From positions 1 through 24,528 of the IMG/VR virus record IMGVR_UViG_3300023296_000605: DNA of 24,528 nucleotides, one strand, 5' to 3'. A program made the translations under genes and the position numbers. The DNA is from a virus (Duplodnaviria > Caudoviricetes). Shown piece after piece: positions 19,094 to 24,528 of the stretch. Under the pieces are notes generated by a model. It had not been told where the DNA came from. It saw only the letters and a list, made by a program, of their open reading frames with translations, and made no database searches. Numbering within the stretch: position 1 is the first letter of the stretch; every line of letters starts with the position of its first letter.

Positions 19094-19486
19094 ATGGCTT
19101 ACAGTGAAAAATTATTAGATCATTATGAAAATCCTCGCAATGTCGGTACGATGGATGATGCTGACATTAACGTAGGTACTGGGATGGTGGGCGCACCAGC
19201 ATGCGGAGACGTAATGCGATTACAAATAAGAGTTAACGACGATGGAGTCATAGAAGATGCTAAGTTTAAAACGTACGGGTGCGGGTCTGCAATTGCATCA
19301 AGTAGTCTCCTCACAGAATGGGTCAAAGGACAGCACATCGACCAAGCAGAAGCAATTAGAAACACTCAAATCGCACAAGAACTCGCACTCCCGCCAGTCA
19401 AGATCCATTGTTCGGTCTTAGCAGAAGATGCGATTAAAACAGCAGTAAATAATTATCGGAAAAAACACGAAAGGTCCGAAGATTGA
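19094..19486 (+). CDS. iscU: Fe-S cluster scaffold protein IscU
   Basis: MAYSEKLLDHYENPRNVG, GAPACGDVM, FKTYGCGSAIASSS and LPPVKIHCS, with an AAGGAG RBS. Confidence 0.97.
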   Translation: MAYSEKLLDHYENPRNVGTMDDADINVGTGMVGAPACGDVMRLQIRVNDDGVIEDAKFKTYGCGSAIASSSLLTEWVKGQHIDQAEAIRNTQIAQELALPPVKIHCSVLAEDAIKTAVNNYRKKHERSED

Positions 19487-19637
19487 ATCACCCTGCATTA
19501 AACAATGTCAAATGACAGCAGAAGGAATGTGCTTAGGTTGCAAAAGAACCTCCAACGAAATCGCAGGTTGGCTCTCTTACAGCACCCTTCAGAGACACCA
19601 GATAATGACCCTCCTGAAATTACGAAAACCGAAGTAG
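19467..19637 (+). CDS. DUF1289/YdhL-like small 4-Cys (putative Fe-S) protein, non-canonical start or pseudogene
   Basis: Hand translation: (ACG)KGPKIESPCIKQCQMTAEGMCLGCKRTSNEIAGWLSYSTLQRHQIMTLLKLRKPK*. The SPC..C...G.C.GC.R...EI..W signature is intact. There is no ATG between the in-frame stop at 19446 and the motif. Confidence 0.75.
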   Translation, partial: TKGPKIESPCIKQCQMTAEGMCLGCKRTSNEIAGWLSYSTLQRHQIMTLLKLRKPK

Positions 19638-19660
19638 ATACCCCGGAAAAAAAAGTATAA

Positions 19661-20596
19661 ATGGATATGACTCCCGCGGGCTTTGGCCTACCAAAAAAAC
19701 TCTGGCGTCAATTATTAAAATATAGAAACAAAACGGTAACTCATTGTGCATCTGATCTGATGTTCAGGCAACTGCCTTTCTATAGTGCGTATATGAAACT
19801 ATACCCTGTCCAAGATTTTGACTATACATTTAACTCATGGGGATTTCGTGCGGACTACAACTATGAAGACTTAAACCAAGACGGTAAGAAAGCAAAAATC
19901 ATATTAGCTATTGGTGACAGTTTTACAATGAATGTTGGTGGTCCGTTAGAACATAGCTGGCCTAGTTTGTTACAAAAAAAAGTTAAACTACCAGTTCTGA
20001 ATGGGGGAGTAGACGGACTAGGACCCGATTCGTATCACCTGATCGTAGAGAAGATGCGAAAATATTTTGACGTACAACATACGTTTTGTTTGTTTAATTT
20101 ACATGGTGGTGCGACAGCAGACCAACTTGCGGACGCTAACACAACTGAACAAAAAATACACATTCTTAAATCCTATGAATGGCCACATGGGTCTGAGATA
20201 GCATTTATTCCACCATGGTGCTGGGAGAAGAATCAATCAGACATTTTATTTCGGCATTTTCCAGATGCACACGACTATATAAAGGATATAAACCTTAACT
20301 TTTCAGAAATACCATATGACATTTTTATGTTTTTACTCACCCCAGATTATATAATGATGTCCACATCTAAATGGCCATCATTGGACGCTATCTATCAACA
20401 GTTGGCTGTACATAACGAAATCGGTAATTTGTTAAGTGATGTGGATGGATATTTCTTTTTAAAATTGATAACACCTAAGTGTAAATCATATTTTTATCGC
20501 AATCGAGACTATAGACATATGAGTAAAATGTCCAATCAAATGGTATCTGATTATTTTTGTAGTAAAATCAGTGACACTGTGATAAATCTTAGTTAG
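19661..20596 (+). CDS. SGNH/GDSL-fold hydrolase or acyltransferase-like protein
   Basis: YTFNSWGFR, LAIGDSFT (block I Ser), SWPSLL, NGGVDG (block II) and a C-terminal RDYRH (DxxH). Confidence 0.7.
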   Translation: MDMTPAGFGLPKKLWRQLLKYRNKTVTHCASDLMFRQLPFYSAYMKLYPVQDFDYTFNSWGFRADYNYEDLNQDGKKAKIILAIGDSFTMNVGGPLEHSWPSLLQKKVKLPVLNGGVDGLGPDSYHLIVEKMRKYFDVQHTFCLFNLHGGATADQLADANTTEQKIHILKSYEWPHGSEIAFIPPWCWEKNQSDILFRHFPDAHDYIKDINLNFSEIPYDIFMFLLTPDYIMMSTSKWPSLDAIYQQLAVHNEIGNLLSDVDGYFFLKLITPKCKSYFYRNRDYRHMSKMSNQMVSDYFCSKISDTVINLS

Positions 20597-20708
20597 ATGG
20601 TATAACTGTTTTCTTTGGTAAGATTGAATTTTTCCAAACTTTGTGGAGTCTCCCACTTTTCATTATTTTATTAAATTTCTTGTATTTTTTACGTAACACT
20701 TCTAGCAT
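20589..20708 (-). CDS. 39-aa basic peptide
   Basis: AAGGAG RBS 11 nt upstream of the ATG. Sequence MLEVLRKKYKKFNKIMKSGRLHKVWKNSILPKKTVIPSN*. Lies 45 nt downstream of the radical SAM stop on the same strand and fills the gap. Confidence 0.6.
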   Translation of the reverse strand: MLEVLRKKYKKFNKIMKSGRLHKVWKNSILPKKTVIPSN

Positions 20709-20753
20709 ATTGTATTTTTCTCCTTATGTACTATATATGCCAGCCTGCTTATA

Positions 20754-21896
20754 TTATAGGTATTGTTGTGTGAAAGCATCATTTGTACCGCATGTCTTTG
20801 CACACACTTGCAACTTTCCTTCGTTACAACTAGGCTTATTCCAACTATTTTCTATCGATTCAAAATAGTTATTTTCTAAAATTTCTTCTATTGTATAATT
20901 CAATGCACTGATGTTGGTTTTCCCTACGGCGTTGATGTATTTCCAAATCTGGCTCCCTTTTGGGGTATGATACCAATTGTACATTTGTCCAGCGACCCAA
21001 CAACAAGGTTGCAGTATCCCTTCAGCACTGACGTATATACTTTTTTCTTCTTTAACTTTACATTTGATTGTAGTTGTGTCATAGTGGTGCTGAACTTTAG
21101 ACCTAGGATCAAATAATTCTGGGTTTAATTTCCCTAATAAATCTACCTTTTTCGTTGGAAAAATCATGTCCTTTTCTTCGGTCATACTCGACATCTTTTT
21201 AGTCGATAAGTTCTCGTAGGATGCGCCTCTGGGCGGTCTGATATCTATTTCAGAGCCATGCCTGTCGATAGTTTTGATATATGATTTAGTAGTTCCCGAG
21301 ACACTAGAAAAGAACCTAGAAGATGTTTTAACTTGGAATTCAGCAAAGCCTAGATACTCAGATAATGCTCTTGCTTCCTCCACTTGATGCTCGTTGTGTG
21401 CAAAAACAATGTATTCCCAACGTGCAATGCCGCCAGCCTCTATAAAGGCCCTAGCATTATCCATGATTTTCTTCCAAATTGTGTTCTTGCGATAAAGATG
21501 GTTGGTGTCTTCTAATCCATCGATGCTAAACACAACGTATCCATGGCTTCCTATAGTAGACGCCAAGTCCTTCCACCAGTCTTTTGTTCTAGCAGATGCA
21601 TTTGTATTCATGCTTAAAAAGATATTTGGATTGATACTTCTAAAATGCTTCATAGTTTTTAATGTGTCTTTTGCTACGATAGGATCACCATAGTTACCGC
21701 ACATAAACATATGATTTAATTGTTTGATAAAATCATCTGGAAAGATAGTTTGTATATCTGACAACGATAGTTCAGCATTCTTAAGCCATGGATTGTCTTC
21801 TCCTCCATTGATATTTCTAGCACACATCGGACAAGCGGCATTGCATTTTTCAGTAATCTCTAAATGAACAGTTCTAATGTCTGGGTACAAATACAT
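20754..21896 (-). CDS. Radical SAM enzyme with SPASM/twitch auxiliary-cluster domain
   Basis: CNAACPMC (CX3CX2C), CGNYGDP, TNAS, FSIDG and a C-terminal C...IYVSAEGILQPCC...C...CAKTC. Confidence 0.93.
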   Translation of the reverse strand: MYLYPDIRTVHLEITEKCNAACPMCARNINGGEDNPWLKNAELSLSDIQTIFPDDFIKQLNHMFMCGNYGDPIVAKDTLKTMKHFRSINPNIFLSMNTNASARTKDWWKDLASTIGSHGYVVFSIDGLEDTNHLYRKNTIWKKIMDNARAFIEAGGIARWEYIVFAHNEHQVEEARALSEYLGFAEFQVKTSSRFFSSVSGTTKSYIKTIDRHGSEIDIRPPRGASYENLSTKKMSSMTEEKDMIFPTKKVDLLGKLNPELFDPRSKVQHHYDTTTIKCKVKEEKSIYVSAEGILQPCCWVAGQMYNWYHTPKGSQIWKYINAVGKTNISALNYTIEEILENNYFESIENSWNKPSCNEGKLQVCAKTCGTNDAFTQQYL

Positions 21897-22447
21897 TACT
21901 TTCGACCGATTAGCATATACCTGTCATAGGAGAAACTTCCATAATCAAAGTGTATTTTTTCTAATAACATCGTTCGACTCATTGGGAATCTTTTTGCAAA
22001 GTCATCAAGTGTCGTAACAGGATTGGTAACGAGCCAGGGTGCTTCCGGCTCGTTCACGTTGCTAGTTTGGATGCACACCAGTGTTGATGGATCGACGTTA
22101 CCAAACCAATCATCAGTCATATGTTCGGCACTGCAATTGATGACCACTTGCTGTCCTTGCAAGTTAACGGTTCCTGCATCAGCACAATCGTTTCGGAGTC
22201 GCGCATCATCTCCGATCATAAAGCCTTGACATATCTTGTCTGCCCCTGCAATCGCTTCCGGCGAAATATCTATCCCTAATATGTGTTGATACTTGCTTTT
22301 GCATCTAGTCAATAACATAAAACCAAGCACATTGTACCAGCATCCCAATACAGCAACAACTGCGTTATCTGGTAGAAGTGGTTCTAGCTTTTCACACAAC
22401 CAAAGTTTACTTTGTGTTTGTCCGTGCGAGAATGACGTTGTATCCAT
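21896..22447 (-). CDS. Class I SAM-dependent methyltransferase-like protein
   Basis: VAVLGCWYNVL (motif I variant), GIDIS and VINCSAEHM. The likely start is MDTTSFSHGQ at 22447; the 16 extra codons in the ORF track are AT-rich intergenic sequence. The stop overlaps the radical SAM ATG (TAATG). Confidence 0.75.
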   Translation of the reverse strand: MDTTSFSHGQTQSKLWLCEKLEPLLPDNAVVAVLGCWYNVLGFMLLTRCKSKYQHILGIDISPEAIAGADKICQGFMIGDDARLRNDCADAGTVNLQGQQVVINCSAEHMTDDWFGNVDPSTLVCIQTSNVNEPEAPWLVTNPVTTLDDFAKRFPMSRTMLLEKIHFDYGSFSYDRYMLIGRK

Positions 22448-22531
22448 AATAGTATTTAATTGGATAAATAGGTTGTTGATAAAAAAAAATAACATGTTAT
22501 AATAACTCTAAATATAAATGGAAGAGGAAGG

Positions 22532-22560
22532 TTGACTTTACATACTGCTAGTTGTATACT
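22532..22560 (+). promoter_or_regulatory. Sigma70-type promoter for the hypothetical-tRNA-fpr unit
   Basis: TTGACT (22532-22537), a 17-nt spacer and TATACT (22555-22560). Confidence 0.7.
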
Positions 22561-22599
22561 AACGTACTAGAGAGACCTTCCTTCATATAAGGATAGTCT

Positions 22600-22827
22600 A
22601 TGAATTTAAGAGAAAAGTTAAACGGCAGAATGGATCAACTACAAGCATGGATGGAAAGCAATCATCACTTAGTAGACCCAGACGAATGTACCACTTTGAT
22701 TGATGATAAACTGAGTTTTGCATGGGAAATATTAAGTGAAGAAGACAGAGACTATATCCAAGGATCACGGTATGCTATTGAAAAACAGATGCACTGGGAA
22801 GTCCCGTCTAAGGAGACGGACCAATAG
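22600..22827 (+). CDS. Hypothetical 75-aa acidic helical protein
   Basis: AAGGA RBS; sits directly downstream of the promoter. Confidence 0.7.
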   Translation: MNLREKLNGRMDQLQAWMESNHHLVDPDECTTLIDDKLSFAWEILSEEDRDYIQGSRYAIEKQMHWEVPSKETDQ

Positions 22828-22837
22828 TACGAATTTT

Positions 22838-22923
22838 GCTCGGGTGGTGGAAGGGTATACACAGGAGACTTAAAATCTCCCGCCTTAACGGGCTTGCGAG
22901 TTCGAATCTCGCTCCGAGTACCA
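22838..22923 (+). tRNA. tRNA-Leu, anticodon TAA
   Basis: Acceptor GCTCGGG/TCCGAGT plus A-CCA, anticodon arm GGAGA-CTTAAAA-TCTCC, long variable arm, T arm GCGAG-TTCGAAT-CTCGC, encoded CCA. Confidence 0.96.
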
Positions 22924-22939
22924 TGCATGGAAAAAATAG

Positions 22940-23665
22940 ATGTTAAAAGAAAGAATCACTAAAGTAACACACTGGTCAGATCGCACTTGTAGTATTAGAA
23001 CAACAAGAAGCGATACGTTCAGATTCAATTCTGGTGAGTTCGCAATGATCGGACTCTACAGTGAAAAATACAAACGGAACGTTATCAGAGCATATAGTAT
23101 TGTTAGTCCACCATGGGCTGACTACCTAGAATTCTTGAGCATTAAGAACGTTGGTCCGTTAACGAACGAATTATCAAAGGTAGAATTCGGTGATGAGTTA
23201 TTACTTTTACCAAAATGCACAGGCACTTTGCGCAATGACTTTCTTAGTGATGGTGGTAAGCGATTATTATTATTAGCAACTGGTACAGGCCTTGCTCCGT
23301 TCATATCCACTATCAATGACTTAGCCATCATGGAACGATTCGACCACATACATTTAGTTCATAGTGTTAGAGACCGCAAAGACTTGGCCTACTATGACGA
23401 ACTTACTGAGGCATACCAATATACTGAGCCAGATATATATGATTATCTCAAAGACAAACTTGAATACACTGCGATAGTTACTGGAGAAGGTGATGCTCGA
23501 ATTGACGCTAGATTCTTAAAAGAAGATGACAGGGTAATGGCATGTGGCAATCTTCAATTTAATTATGCGGTAGTTGAATGGTGCAACGAGATGGGCATGA
23601 CTGAGGGTTCGAATAGAGCAAGAGGCGAATTTGTAATAGAAAAGGCATTTGTGGACACTCGGTAA
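22940..23665 (+). CDS. fpr: Ferredoxin/flavodoxin-NADP+ reductase (bacterial type)
   Basis: RAYSIVS (FAD binding), LEFLSI, GPLT, ATGTGLAPF (NADP binding), MACG and C-terminal IEKAFV. Confidence 0.9.
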   Translation: MLKERITKVTHWSDRTCSIRTTRSDTFRFNSGEFAMIGLYSEKYKRNVIRAYSIVSPPWADYLEFLSIKNVGPLTNELSKVEFGDELLLLPKCTGTLRNDFLSDGGKRLLLLATGTGLAPFISTINDLAIMERFDHIHLVHSVRDRKDLAYYDELTEAYQYTEPDIYDYLKDKLEYTAIVTGEGDARIDARFLKEDDRVMACGNLQFNYAVVEWCNEMGMTEGSNRARGEFVIEKAFVDTR

Positions 23666-23740
23666 CACAAAAAATTAATAAACGATAAATATTAATACAG
23701 AGATTAATTTTCTGTGTGAAAAGACCAAGGAGGAAATATA

Positions 23741-23884
23741 ATGGATTTTCAAATATTTATAGCAATAGCTCTTATCAGCGGAGTTGTATATTACGTTGTG
23801 AAAAAAAGAAAAGATGGTAAATCTGGATCAGGCAGTAATGTGACTCCTCGCGAGGACACTTCCAACAATAAACATCGAAAGTAA
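23741..23884 (+). CDS. 47-aa single-pass membrane peptide
   Basis: AAGGAGG RBS. Sequence MDFQIFIAIALISGVVYYVVKKRKDGKSGSGSNVTPREDTSNNKHRK*: a hydrophobic N-terminal helix followed by a basic cluster. Confidence 0.8.
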   Translation: MDFQIFIAIALISGVVYYVVKKRKDGKSGSGSNVTPREDTSNNKHRK

Positions 23885-23899
23885 AAATAGACCTATCTT

Positions 23900-23927
23900 A
23901 AAAAGCACTGTACAGTGCTTTTTTTTT
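23900..23927. terminator. Bidirectional intrinsic terminator between convergent genes
   Basis: Perfect palindrome AAAAAGCACTGTACAGTGCTTTTT (23900-23923) with a T9 run on + and an A5 run on the other side. Confidence 0.85.
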
Positions 23928-23936
23928 GTCATAAAA

Positions 23937-24506
23937 TTAGTCAGGATTAGACCATTGTTTAGAAAGTTTTTCTTCCAGAAGATTAAGTTCTGTTCTGTTA
24001 AAAACGAACACCACTCTCATGTTCATGCCAGTCTCTCCGTCCTCCCAGCCTGAATCCCAACTGTGACCGATCGGATAAAAACCTGTATTTACATACGTAT
24101 GGTGGCTGTCACGTTTTGGATAACTCCATGTTGCGATGGCACCTTCGTGTACTCCTTGTGCAATTGTTTTTGTTAACAACTTGGTGCCAAGTCCACAACC
24201 TCTATATTCTGGAAACACATACAGGCCACGTGATCTGTACAGTTTATCCATACACATATGACCCGAATTAACTCCGATTAAAGTGTCATCTTTAAACACG
24301 CCCCAGAATGTAGGAAGATACTCCATGTTTTTCAAGTCATATGCTGGAAAACTTTCCCATTGATGTGGATAGTGTTCTTGTGTTCTCCGTCCTAGGAACA
24401 GACACATGGCACTGGTTGATTCTATGACTGATTTTCTTTCTATCCATAGATGATCCCTCCAGACTGGTAAAATTTCTTCCCATGTTATCTTTTTAATAAT
24501 GTGCAT
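23937..24506 (-). CDS. GNAT-family N-acetyltransferase
   Basis: LYVFPEYRGCGLGTKLL acetyl-CoA binding motif A and a later Y...GF motif B, with a GGAG RBS. Confidence 0.85.
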   Translation of the reverse strand: MHIIKKITWEEILPVWRDHLWIERKSVIESTSAMCLFLGRRTQEHYPHQWESFPAYDLKNMEYLPTFWGVFKDDTLIGVNSGHMCMDKLYRSRGLYVFPEYRGCGLGTKLLTKTIAQGVHEGAIATWSYPKRDSHHTYVNTGFYPIGHSWDSGWEDGETGMNMRVVFVFNRTELNLLEEKLSKQWSNPD

Positions 24507-24528
24507 TACTTCTCCGGAAAGTCTATAG

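Noticed and set aside
20641-20868. 75-aa + strand ORF
   Set aside because: It overlaps the radical SAM gene and the better-supported 39-aa minus-strand ORF in antisense, has a TTG start and no RBS.
22448-22495. N-terminal extension of the methyltransferase (MLFFFINN...)
   Set aside because: It is translated AT-rich intergenic sequence. The start at 22447 fits the domain and the promoter-like motif better.
17939-23665. Island as bacterial chromosomal DNA
   Set aside because: iscU lacks iscS/iscA/hscBA neighbours, and the genes are interleaved with phage-type ORFs and late-promoter-like motifs and are contiguous with PAAR and fibre genes. A chimeric assembly cannot be fully excluded without reads.
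24506-24528. 3' end of an upstream minus-strand gene (...IDFPEK*) overlapping the GNAT start as TAATG
   Set aside because: Plausible, but only 23 nt are visible, which is too little to support a call.

Overview
AT-rich segment of a large lytic dsDNA phage genome (T4-like/jumbo myovirus type, probably with a proteobacterial host; inferred from gene content, not from a search). 1-8916: three long G/T/A/S/N/V-rich repetitive virion fibre/adhesin-like genes. The first is truncated at the window edge and the third ends in a Peptidase_G2-like intramolecular chaperone domain. 9033-14095: a hypothetical gene, class Ia ribonucleotide reductase nrdA and nrdB separated by a 2OG-Fe(II) oxygenase, glutaredoxin and a small hypothetical gene. 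14102-17866: a PAAR spike-tip protein and a 1158-aa virion protein. 17939-24506: an auxiliary-metabolism island with metK, iscU, a DUF1289-like 4-Cys protein that lacks an ATG (missed by the ORF track), an SGNH-fold protein, a convergent operon of methyltransferase, radical SAM/SPASM enzyme and a 39-aa basic peptide, tRNA-Leu(TAA), ferredoxin-NADP reductase, a 47-aa membrane peptide and a GNAT acetyltransferase. The most interesting signal is this island: SAM synthesis, Fe-S assembly and a reductase sit next to the radical SAM enzyme that needs all three, together with a possible peptide substrate. All family calls come from motif recognition by eye.
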